Positions 9,279-19,150 of a stretch of 64,000 nt of DNA are shown here, in pieces. The DNA is from a virus, in the IMG/VR virus record IMGVR_UViG_3300032242_000818, positions 1 to 64,000 of that record; one strand, 5' to 3'. The notes under the pieces are model-generated. The model did no database searches and was not told the origin of the DNA. It saw only the letters and a program-made list of their open reading frames with translations. Positions within the stretch are counted from its first letter, which is position 1. Every line of letters starts with the position of its first letter. The position numbers and the translations under genes are program-made.

Positions 9279-9875
9279 CTACATTACATTAAATGCGATA
9301 GCAATACGTTCTTCTGAACATTTACTGGAAGGTACTTGATGTTCTAACCAACTTGGCCACATTAAGATCATACCTTTAGTTGGGTTTATAACATATTCTG
9401 GTAATAATTTATACATCTCCCTTGGATTACCAAATTTAACAGGGTATTGTATATACTTATAATGATCACGTGGGTCATTAAATATAATCGGTGGTGATTT
9501 TTCAGGTATTTTTAAATAAAATACTCCAGATAATATACTGGCAGGATGAGCGTGAAGAGAATGCTCTCCACCAATAGTTATTTTATTGAACAAATAATAA
9601 ACATCAAGTTTAAATGATGTAGGATCAATAGAAATATCTTCGAAATATTTCTTTGATGCAGTTTTAATATAATTTGATAAAGGTTCTAGACGTTCATCAA
9701 ATTTTTGTAAAACTCCTGCAGAGTCCACATTATATGTAGAAATATAATTTGGTTGGTCTCGATAAGGTCTACCATGATTATTAATATAATCTTCAGCAAC
9801 AGGTAGAATCTTATCACAAAGATCTAGTTCAACACTAACATACACTGGTGTTGGGAACATATTAATGTATTCCAT
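9279..9875 (-). CDS. putative 2OG-Fe(II) oxygenase (TIGR02466-like)
   Basis: FPTP, HAHP.S.LSGVFY, F.DPR, WPSWLEH.V, RIAIAFN. Confidence 0.85.
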   Translation of the reverse strand: MEYINMFPTPVYVSVELDLCDKILPVAEDYINNHGRPYRDQPNYISTYNVDSAGVLQKFDERLEPLSNYIKTASKKYFEDISIDPTSFKLDVYYLFNKITIGGEHSLHAHPASILSGVFYLKIPEKSPPIIFNDPRDHYKYIQYPVKFGNPREMYKLLPEYVINPTKGMILMWPSWLEHQVPSSKCSEERIAIAFNVM

Positions 9876-10416
9876 TTAACCTCTTTTTATACTTTCGACT
9901 TGCTTGATATTGCTCAAAGACTGGAGAAAGATTGCCATAATATTCACGACTCAAATCAGTAATGAAATTATATTCAGGTGGTAAACGAACTACCTTAATA
10001 TCGTTAATACCATTAAGAGCATTCTGTAAATTAACTTGATCCCAATTTTCAGGAAACAGTTTGTTAAGATGAATCCAGCTATCTAACAACTCATGCGCCT
10101 TTGGAGTATTATTCCAATACATTGTTGCTGATATAAGTTCTTCATCTTTAAACCAATGAGCAGCGAAATCACAATCAATAGTGTCAAATATTTTTGGATA
10201 TTGTTTCATTTCAGCATCAGCATCAACCCAAACAATTGGCTGAGTAAGTTTCTCTTTAATAAAGATTGCTTTTTGATGTGTATTAATTTCCCAGCTACCA
10301 CTATCTGGTCTTTCTTCAATCGTAAATGAAATATCTGGCAGAAACTTAGTCAAAGATTTTTCTAAGTTTTCTGCCTCAAATTTATATAATGCGGTATAAT
10401 AAGATACAATTAACAT
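9862..10416 (-). CDS. glycosyltransferase (GT-A, DxD)
   Basis: K..FI, VWVDADA, DQ..L, LPPEY. Confidence 0.7.
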   Translation of the reverse strand: MLIVSYYTALYKFEAENLEKSLTKFLPDISFTIEERPDSGSWEINTHQKAIFIKEKLTQPIVWVDADAEMKQYPKIFDTIDCDFAAHWFKDEELISATMYWNNTPKAHELLDSWIHLNKLFPENWDQVNLQNALNGINDIKVVRLPPEYNFITDLSREYYGNLSPVFEQYQASRKYKKRLNGIH

Positions 10417-11021
10417 GAAATCATTTTAAACTTAATTTTACCGTTTTGATTTTTGTATACTGGTTTATGATTTTTCTCTTTCAAAGCAGAAACATACCAT
10501 TCAGGAATTGGTCGATTGGTCCAAACAGCAAATGGTTGTTTATCACCAATATAATAATTATGATACGCTTGAATAGAATCGCCGTAAACTTTATATTGAT
10601 CTGGCATACATTGTGGCATCGGATCTGCGATTGCTACAGGGATATTACTTGGAGAAAAAGACAGATATGGAATAAGTTTTTCTGCAACATGGTGTTTACC
10701 ATAGCGATGAGTATACTCTCGCATCAGATCTCGCCATAAATTATACAACCACCAGTAATTATCTTGTGACTGACGACACCAGAGACCAGATGGATGTTTC
10801 ATGTGTGATGCAAGATATAAATTATCTTCACGTTCATCATCTAATTTCCATCGCATTGCTTTGCGACCAGAAATAGACTTACCTTCATACTCATATCCAT
10901 CAAGAACACGATGAGCAGTAGAAAGAAGTTGTGCGTATTCTAAAATCATCTTAACGACATGTTTGTCAAGATGTTGTTTCGCACATTCTTTAGTGTCTTC
11001 GTGAAGATAAAATATATTCAC
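10410..11021 (-). CDS. pyrimidine dimer DNA glycosylase (DenV-like family)
   Basis: MNIFYL, HLDKHVVKM.LEYAQLLSTAH, HPS..W, EY..RYGK.H, PQCMPD.Y. Confidence 0.8.
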   Translation of the reverse strand: MNIFYLHEDTKECAKQHLDKHVVKMILEYAQLLSTAHRVLDGYEYEGKSISGRKAMRWKLDDEREDNLYLASHMKHPSGLWCRQSQDNYWWLYNLWRDLMREYTHRYGKHHVAEKLIPYLSFSPSNIPVAIADPMPQCMPDQYKVYGDSIQAYHNYYIGDKQPFAVWTNRPIPEWYVSALKEKNHKPVYKNQNGKIKFKMISC

Positions 11022-11326
11022 TGAGTAAGCATCCTTATTAAACCAAATGTATCTATGGAAGTAAGCAAGATGTAGTTAGCAAGCATGCCAAATGATTTCC
11101 TAGTCCAACTAGCCCAAGCATACATAGCACAACCACTAATCCAGACAGGGTATAGTAGAATAAGAGGAGGATTAGGGACTGTGACTGCCATTGTGATACT
11201 ACAGCCAATACTAACAGCCCAAGCGCAGAGCTCAACAAAAAAGCGAAGTCGATTAGAAGAGTAGTCATCACGTATCCATTGTAAAGTTGGTCCAAAAATA
11301 TCAAGCATATGTACCCATATCATCAA
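11018..11326 (-). CDS. small membrane protein
   Basis: Three hydrophobic segments. Confidence 0.65.
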   Translation of the reverse strand: MMIWVHMLDIFGPTLQWIRDDYSSNRLRFFVELCAWAVSIGCSITMAVTVPNPPLILLYPVWISGCAMYAWASWTRKSFGMLANYILLTSIDTFGLIRMLTQ

Positions 11327-11825
11327 AACTAAATTTTAGTGCATTTAATCCACGAATACCACGAATCGCACCATGAATTTGTTGAATTGTATCAGAAGAT
11401 TTACTGTGATGGATGGCATGTCCATCTTTAGCAGCAAATGGTGTGATACAACCAATAGAATCATCAACTAAAATTGCTCGATCATGAGCAAAATTGGCTT
11501 TTTCCTGTTTGGCTCGCACAAAATTTGGTTTGTAAGGGATATTATTCTTGTTTAGCCAATAGATTTTTTGCATTTTTGCTTCATGACCTTGTCGCTCATC
11601 ATAAGTACCCATTGAAGTAAGAATTTCAATGTTGATATTTTCAAGTGTGCTGACATAATTCAGCAATTCTTGTGCATCAGGCATAAATTCAAGATCTTCG
11701 AAGATTTTATGAATGAAAACAGCATCGCGAAACTTCTTTCGATCGGCTTTTTCAGGGTCAAGTTTGCGATATGCTTTATCAAAATTGCAAAGCACGCCAT
11801 CCATGTCTAAGTATAGTGTAATCAT
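11301..11825 (-). CDS. HAD-family 5'(3')-deoxyribonucleotidase
   Basis: YLDMDGVL, ILTS, K..W, ILVDD; start moved to MITLYL. Confidence 0.85.
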   Translation of the reverse strand: MITLYLDMDGVLCNFDKAYRKLDPEKADRKKFRDAVFIHKIFEDLEFMPDAQELLNYVSTLENINIEILTSMGTYDERQGHEAKMQKIYWLNKNNIPYKPNFVRAKQEKANFAHDRAILVDDSIGCITPFAAKDGHAIHHSKSSDTIQQIHGAIRGIRGLNALKFSFDDMGTYA

Positions 11826-11831
11826 GTTAAT

Positions 11832-11860
11832 ATTATACCTCAAATTCACATCAAAGTCAA
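11832..11860 (-). promoter_or_regulatory. sigma70-like early promoter
   Basis: TTGACT-17-TATAAT; predicted +1 equals the A of the ATG at 11825. Confidence 0.7.
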
Positions 11861-11874
11861 GTGTTTTTTGACTT

Positions 11875-12225
11875 TTAGACAAATTTAGTCAAATCAGGTG
11901 GGGTCCAACCCTCTGGTTTCAAGATTTTTCCATCTTCACGACGAATTGCCTTCTGAGTTTTGGGGTCAAGTTTGCGCATATTCGATCTAAGCACCTCATT
12001 CCATGCTCCATCAGCGTCATACCCCTTCATGGCACAAAATCCAAGTGTTACCCAGATCAAATCCATGCAAGCATCGAGCATTTCAACTTCATCTTTAGCC
12101 CAATGTGCATCAATAAACTCTTTAAATTCTTCTTCCATCAAAGATTTATACAATGCAGCATTTTGTGGTGATGCTTTTTGGTCGCATGCGTTCTGAAAAA
12201 CTTTAACGTCTAAGTACATACTCAT
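11875..12225 (-). CDS. MazG-like/PRA-PH nucleoside triphosphate pyrophosphohydrolase
   Basis: EEFKE, LDA..DL.WV, EV.RSNM.K, REDGKILKPEGW.PPDL. Confidence 0.85.
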   Translation of the reverse strand: MSMYLDVKVFQNACDQKASPQNAALYKSLMEEEFKEFIDAHWAKDEVEMLDACMDLIWVTLGFCAMKGYDADGAWNEVLRSNMRKLDPKTQKAIRREDGKILKPEGWTPPDLTKFV

Positions 12226-12482
12226 TATTTGTTCCTTTGCGTGTCGAAATAAAAGTCTGAGTGCTCGGTAATGTCATCCTGCGGTGTATCCCATTCGTCA
12301 GTATTCCATTCTGGTTCAGTTTCAAAGTCATTAACAAAATCTAAATTACCATCAAATACAAAACCTGCTCCTTTTAGGAACAATTCTAATTCAGATAAAA
12401 CATCTGGTAAATAATCTGCAGTAAACTCACGAGTGGTTCTTGAACCACCAAACTCATCTTCAGCTATTAGGGTGTATTTCAT
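12225..12482 (-). CDS. hypothetical protein
   Basis: EF.A..L.DVL....FLKGAGF pattern; GGAG RBS. Confidence 0.6.
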   Translation of the reverse strand: MKYTLIAEDEFGGSRTTREFTADYLPDVLSELELFLKGAGFVFDGNLDFVNDFETEPEWNTDEWDTPQDDITEHSDFYFDTQRNK

Positions 12483-12651
12483 CGTCATCTCCTTTTTTAG
12501 ATATGATAATCGAACCATTTGTTTTTACAGTCCAAGTTAATGTGTCTCCAACTTGCCAACCACATTTGGCAAGAATTTCATCAGTAAACGGAAGAACTAA
12601 ATCTCCCGTTTCTGGATCTTCCTCAACAGTTAGTATATATCGATCTCTCAT
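12460..12651 (-). CDS. AbrB/MazE-like small protein
   Basis: GDLVLPF.DE.L...GW..GD.L.W. Confidence 0.55.
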   Translation of the reverse strand: MRDRYILTVEEDPETGDLVLPFTDEILAKCGWQVGDTLTWTVKTNGSIIISKKGDDDEIHPNS

Positions 12652-13562
12652 TAGACCTCCACATATTTTAATTCAAAACGATCTGCGCGATCTTCATAGT
12701 CGATGTAACCACGAGGATTACAAACAACACGACAAGACTTAATCATATAATCAAAGTCTTCATGAGTATGACCATGAGTCCACAATTTGATTCCTGGACG
12801 ATCCATGATAAAGTTATCCAACTGAGAATTGTATGCACCATTCATCAGCTGATCGTGTTTGTAGCGAGGATGCTCAGAACCTTTGCTTGGAGCATGATGA
12901 GTGCAAACAACAACAGTCTTCCATGGAGGAATATCATTATATGCATCTTCAATTACCTTTAACATGGCTTTATGGTCAACCACTGCATCTTGAGGAGACA
13001 AGTATGCTTCACGAGTCTTAAAGACTGCATGATACAATCCAGCACCATTCTCATCTTTCTTGTGGTCACCATTCTCGTCAAGAGTTGGTTCCTGTGTTCT
13101 GAAATTAACTTCACGATTACTGTTTTTACAAATCTGAAAGTCATTCATACGACGCTGAACATGATTCATAGTCATATCATTTTCACCATTCATGTCGGTC
13201 CAAAGAGTACCACCGATAAACACGTGGTCATTATGTTCCCAAACCTCTTTATCAAGGAAGTGAATATTGTCACCACATTGTTTCATGGCATCTTTTAGAA
13301 TACCTGAAGAAGTAGCAAAGTCACCATGATAATGCTCGTGATTACCCATAACGTAAACCACATGAGGGAAGTTCCTACTACAAGCAGTAAAAAAATCAAG
13401 ATAGCGATCAGTTTTAGCAGAAGATAAAATACTATCGGTGACACGAAGATCAACAGCAGTACAAATATCACCAGATAAAACAAGGACTTCAGCATTCTGT
13501 GTATTTTCTAATTCAAGTTGACCAAATTCAAGATGGACATCAGAGCAAATTGCGATTTTCAT
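12651..13562 (-). CDS. metallophosphoesterase
   Basis: SDVHLE, GDI, GNHE, THHAP, HGHTH, NPRGY. Confidence 0.92.
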   Translation of the reverse strand: MKIAICSDVHLEFGQLELENTQNAEVLVLSGDICTAVDLRVTDSILSSAKTDRYLDFFTACSRNFPHVVYVMGNHEHYHGDFATSSGILKDAMKQCGDNIHFLDKEVWEHNDHVFIGGTLWTDMNGENDMTMNHVQRRMNDFQICKNSNREVNFRTQEPTLDENGDHKKDENGAGLYHAVFKTREAYLSPQDAVVDHKAMLKVIEDAYNDIPPWKTVVVCTHHAPSKGSEHPRYKHDQLMNGAYNSQLDNFIMDRPGIKLWTHGHTHEDFDYMIKSCRVVCNPRGYIDYEDRADRFELKYVEV

Positions 13563-14148
13563 TTTTATCTTCTTTCAAATTGTACCAACCAGTAATAATT
13601 GTTTTTACTTCAGTTGGGGAAACTATACCTCTATGCGTAAATGTCCAGTCAGCTGGCCAAATAAGCGTCAATCCTTTATCAGCACGAATTTTAATACCTT
13701 GATAATAAAACTCAGTACCACCTTCATCTTTCACATCATTAAGATAAGTCATAAAAACTAGATGTCGTGAAACATCGGGTAATTTAGAACTACTTCTTTC
13801 TTTGTGCCAAACTTTGAATCCTCCGCCTGCAGGATATCGCTGAATATAATATGGACTTATAATTTCAAAATCCTGTGCACATTCAACAGATGGATATTTT
13901 TCAATATATTTCTTTTTACACTCATCTAATATTTTATCATACCCAAATAATAAATTAGAAGGATGCATCTCTAAATCATTTGATTCTTTTACTTCTTTAT
14001 TAATTAATCCTGAAGTGCCAAATCTACCCTTTGTAGTTTTATCTACATTAGAGTTATACAAATCCATAAATTTATCACAGAAAGTAGTATCATCTGCATA
14101 CCACCCCATGATAAAATTATTCATAGAATTTACTTCATGTTCTTTCAC
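13540..14148 (-). CDS. 2OG-Fe(II) oxygenase
   Basis: IQRY..GGGF..WH.E, YLNDV..GGTEF, WPA.WT..HRG. Confidence 0.85.
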   Translation of the reverse strand: MKEHEVNSMNNFIMGWYADDTTFCDKFMDLYNSNVDKTTKGRFGTSGLINKEVKESNDLEMHPSNLLFGYDKILDECKKKYIEKYPSVECAQDFEIISPYYIQRYPAGGGFKVWHKERSSSKLPDVSRHLVFMTYLNDVKDEGGTEFYYQGIKIRADKGLTLIWPADWTFTHRGIVSPTEVKTIITGWYNLKEDKNENRNLL

Positions 14149-14363
14149 TGAAGGGTTCTTTCGCTATCAGTAGGTCTTTTCAAAATTGCTGCGTTCATAA
14201 TCTTATTAAAATCATCATGACTCTCAAAATCTTGATTCATCCTTACTAAGCGAGCAAGGATAACAGATGATAGATGTAGTGGATCGAATTCATATTCTAC
14301 TATCAACTTACTTAAGATATCATCTATTTCTAATACAAGTTTATTCAGGTTGAGTTCGTTCAT
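14145..14363 (-). CDS. hypothetical protein
   Basis: Overlapping gene run. Confidence 0.55.
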   Translation of the reverse strand: MNELNLNKLVLEIDDILSKLIVEYEFDPLHLSSVILARLVRMNQDFESHDDFNKIMNAAILKRPTDSERTLQ

Positions 14364-14493
14364 TTTGTTCTTTCCAATATCTGTACATTCTTACACAATT
14401 TGCAAATTGAAGAGGATGATGTTCAAAGTTAGGTAGTTCACCAAAATGTTCCAACATTTCGTTATACAGATTCAACGCTTCTTCATCACTCAT
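14341..14493 (-). CDS. small hypothetical protein (50 aa, not in ORF track)
   Basis: MSDEEALNLYNEMLEHFGELPNFEHHPLQFANCVRMY... fills the gap. Confidence 0.5.
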   Translation of the reverse strand: MSDEEALNLYNEMLEHFGELPNFEHHPLQFANCVRMYRYWKEQNERTQPE

Positions 14494-14494
14494 T

Positions 14495-14523
14495 ATTATA
14501 CCTTAGATCTTAATTAAAGTCAA
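14495..14523 (-). promoter_or_regulatory. sigma70-like early promoter
   Basis: TTGACT-17-TATAAT. Confidence 0.65.
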
Positions 14524-14801
14524 GCGAATTCACGATTGACATCTGTGCGCCATTCCTGCATATATTCTTGCAACTCACCTGCTTCATCTTGAGAGCAATC
14601 ATATCGTAGTCGAATCATGTGATTAATATAATCAAAGTCTTTCTTTAAGAGTTCATTTACTCTTTCATATTTCCAAGATTGCTGATCAGCATCTTCCATT
14701 GAATACCAGCAAGCAAGGTACTGATCTTCCTTGGTTTCTCCTGACATTGCAGAATCCCAAAAGACATACCAATTACCATTGCTCCACCTACTGTAACTCA
14801 T
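14520..14801 (-). CDS. hypothetical protein
   Basis: Early-region ORF. Confidence 0.6.
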   Translation of the reverse strand: MSYSRWSNGNWYVFWDSAMSGETKEDQYLACWYSMEDADQQSWKYERVNELLKKDFDYINHMIRLRYDCSQDEAGELQEYMQEWRTDVNREFA

Positions 14802-14803
14802 CT

Positions 14804-15133
14804 TTAATCCTCTTGTTCTGCGCTTTCCTTTCGGATTTCCAAAAAGTACGCTTCCAATCCTTTAAGTGCTTCCACCATTGAGGGGCTGGTTTTAAGTTCC
14901 CCTGCTTTACGTTCGCCATAAAGTTCTCCACCAAAATAATCTAAAATAGAATTAATGCGTTTAATCATCTGGTGATTATTATCTATATCATCAGGATGCA
15001 TCCAATAAGGATTCTCCGAGTCCATAGTTACATAAAGTTTATCTAACTCATTGGCAAGATAGTCTCGTTGTTCGGTTAGTGTCAATCGTGTAATACGATC
15101 TGCTGTTTCAAAATCAAGTGTTATATTATTCAT
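14804..15133 (-). CDS. hypothetical protein
   Basis: Early-region ORF. Confidence 0.6.
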   Translation of the reverse strand: MNNITLDFETADRITRLTLTEQRDYLANELDKLYVTMDSENPYWMHPDDIDNNHQMIKRINSILDYFGGELYGERKAGELKTSPSMVEALKGLEAYFLEIRKESAEQED

Positions 15134-15461
15134 AGTTCAACTCCATAAAGTTAGTTTTTTCATCAAGAATTTCAATTGTAATACCATTATCAGCAGCCCT
15201 CTTAATCATACTATCAAGAACTCCACCACCATACATATTCGTTCCGTAGGTATCCTCATGGCATTGATATAATGAGCCACTGGATCCCTCAAACGAATAT
15301 ACAGATTCTATTTTACTTACTTGGGTTACGCCACTGTTTAGTTGCCAAGAATCCGAACCTGCGTATCCTCCATACCAACAAGCAAAAATTTTATAGATCG
15401 TTGGTACATCATTACCATCAATCTTAACCATAACCCATTTATCTGGTCTATAATAACTCAT
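15126..15461 (-). CDS. conserved phage hypothetical protein
   Basis: Y.PD.WV, W.GGY.GSDSW.LNSG, F.G.SGS.Y.C motif. Confidence 0.7.
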   Translation of the reverse strand: MSYYRPDKWVMVKIDGNDVPTIYKIFACWYGGYAGSDSWQLNSGVTQVSKIESVYSFEGSSGSLYQCHEDTYGTNMYGGGVLDSMIKRAADNGITIEILDEKTNFMELNYE

Positions 15462-15536
15462 ATCAATACCTCAAATGTATAAACAAAAACACAAACATTA
15501 GTAGAATTACGATAACATCAGACCAAGTACGACCAT

Positions 15537-15737
15537 TCATGCTACGCTCCATACGGCTCTACCGCCAGTTACATAAATTTCCTCAAAGGGCAAACGAATA
15601 TACTGTTGTCCTTCTACTCCTGCGGACTGCACATACCCTTGAACACCCCAAGTCTTAATCTCAGTGACCACAACCATGCATCCACCAAATACTTCCTTAC
15701 TGGGTTCAACCTGTACAATAGATCCTACTTCAATCAT
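15537..15737 (-). CDS. SH3/KOW-like small protein
   Basis: GSIVQV.P...FGGC..VVTE.K.WGVQGYV. Confidence 0.6.
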   Translation of the reverse strand: MIEVGSIVQVEPSKEVFGGCMVVVTEIKTWGVQGYVQSAGVEGQQYIRLPFEEIYVTGGRAVWSVA

Positions 15738-15984
15738 AATTCTTTAACCTTTTCATACCTTTACTGGGAACGTGGACTATCTGTTTCATCTCACCACCAA
15801 CATTAATAGGCAAGTCCAAATGAACCAGCACCAGATCGGTCTCAATATAATCCTCTCTAATTACTTGTCCTACTACTGGGATACTGCCTACTTTTCCAGA
15901 TACTCGATCGCCATATACCCATTTAGGTTTTGGCTTATCAGCATCTCGTTTTTCAAAATAATCTTTAACCGATGCCATATACAC
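15730..15984 (-). CDS. hypothetical protein
   Basis: Early-region ORF. Confidence 0.55.
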   Translation of the reverse strand: MYMASVKDYFEKRDADKPKPKWVYGDRVSGKVGSIPVVGQVIREDYIETDLVLVHLDLPINVGGEMKQIVHVPSKGMKRLKNYD

Positions 15985-16065
15985 CCCATTTCCTAATACA
16001 GAGAGTGATGATTAATCCTACAGTAAGTTCTACCGTAAATAGACCAAGTATCACCCATAAAGCAA

Positions 16066-16512
16066 TCATTTATTCGCCTTTGCAATTGCTTTACATAAAT
16101 TAATTAATTCTTCAGTGGTCCCAGCATTCTTAGCCATATTAACACAAGTAGCAACAATTTGAATATTATCCAAAGTATATCCTTTAGACGAATCAATCCT
16201 ATCAACTGATGCTTTAAATCTATCATTGTGTTTCATCGTTAGTGGTAATTTACTGATAGCGCATTTCCAATTAACTTCAGCAATTTTCTGGCGCAAATCT
16301 TCTTGTTTTAACATACATACTATGTTCCTACTTTTAGCACTAGTATTTACTCGCGTCATCCAATTTTTAAAAAACTTATCAGTATCAACTTCTAAAGCAT
16401 CACGACGTTTAGCTGTGGCTTTCCGCTCAGTAATTTTACCCTTGGCAGACTTACGATATTTTTCTTGCCATTCACGTTTTTTTATTAGTTTTTCTTCTTT
16501 AGTCATAGCCAT
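16066..16512 (-). CDS. HNH-like endonuclease
   Basis: SVDRIDSSKGY..DNIQ.V...VN.AK. Confidence 0.75.
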   Translation of the reverse strand: MAMTKEEKLIKKREWQEKYRKSAKGKITERKATAKRRDALEVDTDKFFKNWMTRVNTSAKSRNIVCMLKQEDLRQKIAEVNWKCAISKLPLTMKHNDRFKASVDRIDSSKGYTLDNIQIVATCVNMAKNAGTTEELINLCKAIAKANK

Positions 16513-16686
16513 AATATAGATCTTTCTACAAAGGTTTTAGCCAAAAATTTTCCACGGGAATTTTTTTTCTGCGTGTGAATATCGTTGTGTGTAGGGTAGC
16601 GAGAGATAAAATCGGTCGGTCGTACATAGCGTCCTCTGGGAGAGACTCCTCCCAAACCCAATATAGATTTCATTTTACCCCTACCC

Positions 16687-16902
16687 CTATACCACACTCA
16701 GCTGAATCTGAAACGTGTGCTTGGTCATCTTATGGTCGTATAGATGCACATCACGACCGATGCCGCAGTTCTTGCCCATACAATCTAGAGCAAATTTTAA
16801 TGCCACATTCTGAAGGGAATTATCTCCTACTGCTTGCTTATTAATGGCAGTGGTGTTGGTATAGAAAGAAACACCATTAATAATAGCACGAATCTTAGCC
16901 AT
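16687..16902 (-). CDS. hypothetical protein
   Basis: AAGGA RBS, early region. Confidence 0.55.
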   Translation of the reverse strand: MAKIRAIINGVSFYTNTTAINKQAVGDNSLQNVALKFALDCMGKNCGIGRDVHLYDHKMTKHTFQIQLSVV

Positions 16903-17066
16903 TACTGTTGTCCTTTCATAGCAGATACGCCACTAAGCATAAGCAACAAACCAAGAACAGCCACGGATGTGACCAAGACCAATTGATTATCGCTAGCACT
17001 ATCCAGACCGCCAGCAGCACCAAGAGTAATGAGTAGACCAGTGATAGCACGTATAGAACCCTTCAT
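16902..17066 (-). CDS. small two-TM membrane protein (54 aa, not in track)
   Basis: MKGSIRAITGLLITLGAAGGLD...VLGLLLMLSG; AGGGGG RBS. Confidence 0.55.
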   Translation of the reverse strand: MKGSIRAITGLLITLGAAGGLDSASDNQLVLVTSVAVLGLLLMLSGVSAMKGQQ

Positions 17067-17079
17067 AGAGATGACCCCC

Positions 17080-17319
17080 TTATACAGTAGCCATGCGTTG
17101 TTCCATCATCTCAGAGAGGATGAACTTAGCGATGTTGATGTTTTTGCGAGCCTGATCAGTTGCTTGATCGTGACCAAATGACATCAATTCCTGGGCATCA
17201 GACAACACCCCCATAGCAACCATTTCCAAGCCAGACAGCTCTGCAGTGATTGACCCCATATATTCCTTACGGATCGCATCAGTAGTCATACCGTAGCACT
17301 TCTTTTCAAATTCAGTCAT
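17080..17319 (-). CDS. hypothetical early protein
   Basis: AAGGA RBS directly after a promoter. Confidence 0.65.
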   Translation of the reverse strand: MTEFEKKCYGMTTDAIRKEYMGSITAELSGLEMVAMGVLSDAQELMSFGHDQATDQARKNINIAKFILSEMMEQRMATV

Positions 17320-17348
17320 TTCGTATCCTTTTCTAATTAACAGAGTTA

Positions 17349-17412
17349 ATTATACAGGCGAATGGGGTAAAAGTAAAGGGATATTTGATTAACCCTACGG
17401 ATCTGAGGGGAT
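17349..17412 (-). promoter_or_regulatory. early promoter with upstream CCCT-N9-AGGG palindrome
   Basis: TTTACT(17377-72)-17-TATAAT(17354-49); palindrome 17393-17409. Confidence 0.7.
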
Positions 17413-17465
17413 TAATCAATTCGTAAACTAAAGACTACATCACTTAATCAACCCTCTCATGGGTT

Positions 17466-17494
17466 ATTATACTGATGTTCCTGTTGCAAGTCAA
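17466..17494 (-). promoter_or_regulatory. sigma70-like early promoter
   Basis: TTGACT-17-TATAAT. Confidence 0.65.
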
Positions 17495-17507
17495 GTATAT
17501 TTGATCG

Positions 17508-17804
17508 CTATTCTTGCAAAGTCCAAAGATCGCCATCGGATATAAACTGATCCAAACCTAGTGGTGATTCTACTTGTGGCGGTATAGGTATATCAGGAAG
17601 AATTCTTGCCACAGCTGCTTGTTTAAACTCAGGATCATCATTCATTTTATTTCGCACACCACGAGATATCTTGGCTTTATATGTGGGTGTGAAGGTACGA
17701 ACATTACCACAGGCACGACAGCAATATTTTCCTTGCTTGGCAAATGGCTTAGTGCACGTGGGGCATATCTTGGTGGGATATTTTCTAACTCGTTTAGTTG
17801 GCAT
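17508..17804 (-). CDS. Cys-rich zinc-finger protein
   Basis: CPTC...KYCCRAC followed by a NUMOD3-like K.KIS helix. Confidence 0.6.
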   Translation of the reverse strand: MPTKRVRKYPTKICPTCTKPFAKQGKYCCRACGNVRTFTPTYKAKISRGVRNKMNDDPEFKQAAVARILPDIPIPPQVESPLGLDQFISDGDLWTLQE

Positions 17805-17844
17805 GCGATTGTGGAAAGATGAGGGTATCAAGACCAACGATTAT

Positions 17845-18453
17845 TTAGCCGATCCGCGATGATACCGTTTCAGCAACAACATTCAAAACGATTCTCTCTG
17901 CATTCTTACTAGGATTACACGACGCATGCCAAAGGTTACTAGGAAATAGAACGATATCTCCTTGTTTTGGAGTTATACGATTTACTATGGTATTGTTCTC
18001 AAAGAAAACGGTATTACCATCAGAGTCGTTTACGTAGTATATCATTGAGGTATCACCATTGTTCTCTGTGTCTTGGTGAGGAATGTTGTAGTTGTTTATG
18101 GTAAAATTTTCGTTCCGTAGTAGACGATTGAACTTACATCTCAACAGCGATTTGATTGGTCTATCATAAGCAGTTAGGATTAAAGGTTTAATGAAAAAGA
18201 ATAGATTAGTCTGCGGTACGTCTATAGAGAATTCTTGGCTGTAAATTGGTAGTTCTTCCTGTCCGTTATCTATGATATTAGGATCAGTGATGATGGGATC
18301 TTTTACGGTATAATCCATACGTATCCAGCGATCTTTGAAGAATTGTAGGTCTTGTTTGATTGTCTCCTGATATGCCTTTGATACTGAACCTTGGATTAGT
18401 TTGATTCTTGTATCGCTTTCTGTTGGATTATACTTCATTGTTTTCCATTTCAT
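17845..18453 (-). CDS. 2OG-Fe(II) oxygenase
   Basis: PHQD, IYYVNDSDG.T.F, F....WHAS, R.V.N. Confidence 0.8.
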   Translation of the reverse strand: MKWKTMKYNPTESDTRIKLIQGSVSKAYQETIKQDLQFFKDRWIRMDYTVKDPIITDPNIIDNGQEELPIYSQEFSIDVPQTNLFFFIKPLILTAYDRPIKSLLRCKFNRLLRNENFTINNYNIPHQDTENNGDTSMIYYVNDSDGNTVFFENNTIVNRITPKQGDIVLFPSNLWHASCNPSKNAERIVLNVVAETVSSRIG

Positions 18454-18613
18454 ATTGTATTATCCAGTTGAGTGCATCACTTATATCGTAGAACCATTCG
18501 CTACTAGATTTATTCTTAGTATCACACCAGCGATACTTGATTCTTTCTCCTATGTCCCAATGATCAATATTCCACTTGGCAGATACGGGATCCTTGCTAT
18601 GTTCTAGTATCAT
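18428..18613 (-). CDS. hypothetical protein
   Basis: Gene run. Confidence 0.5.
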   Translation of the reverse strand: MILEHSKDPVSAKWNIDHWDIGERIKYRWCDTKNKSSSEWFYDISDALNWIIQYEMENNEV

Positions 18614-18619
18614 ATGGCT

Positions 18620-18793
18620 TTACTCATTTGTTGTTACTTTTACCTCATATTCTTCCAGCGTTGCTCCCAGTAAACGGATTAACTGTACTGTAGCGTATTC
18701 GGTCATTGTTAGAGTTGATACCATATCCGTACCGATCTTTAGTACGATTTGGTTGTCTTCGGTCTTACCCACTGAATAATAACATTCACTCAT
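18620..18793 (-). CDS. hypothetical protein
   Basis: Likely start MSECYYSVG. Confidence 0.5.
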   Translation of the reverse strand: MSECYYSVGKTEDNQIVLKIGTDMVSTLTMTEYATVQLIRLLGATLEEYEVKVTTNE

Positions 18794-18797
18794 ATAT

Positions 18798-19022
18798 TCA
18801 CCAAGAACTTTCGTCCACGATGCGTTGCTTGAACTTACCTTGGAGACCATTGACTTCAGTAACTACCTCGGCATCGATTAGTGAACCAATTCCCGAGGAG
18901 GTATCACAATAGATCGTAGCGTAACCTGAACCGATTTTCATATCATCTGGTGGGTTCAGTTGATCAACTAGACGCAGAATGGTTTCTAGATCATCGCGAT
19001 GGATAGTGATTTGTTGTTTCAT
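18798..19022 (-). CDS. hypothetical protein
   Basis: SSGIGS motif, gene run. Confidence 0.55.
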   Translation of the reverse strand: MKQQITIHRDDLETILRLVDQLNPPDDMKIGSGYATIYCDTSSGIGSLIDAEVVTEVNGLQGKFKQRIVDESSW

Positions 19023-19150
19023 TGTACTGCTTCCGTATGCTTATGCTTGAGGGATTTCTTTAGGATCTTAAGATACAGTTTCTTTTCTTGTTTCTTGTTG
19101 GATCGGATAATCGCCTTATACATCTTGCGGATTAGTTTCTTTACCTTCAT
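19019..19150 (-). CDS. small Lys-rich protein (43 aa, not in track)
   Basis: MKVKKLIRKMYKAII...; ATGA overlaps at both ends, GGAGG RBS. Confidence 0.55.
   Translation of the reverse strand: MKVKKLIRKMYKAIIRSNKKQEKKLYLKILKKSLKHKHTEAVQ

Noticed and set aside
16503-16697. 64-aa ORF and small hairpin upstream of the HNH gene
   Set aside because: No recognisable motif or good RBS; cannot be supported as either a CDS or an RNA.
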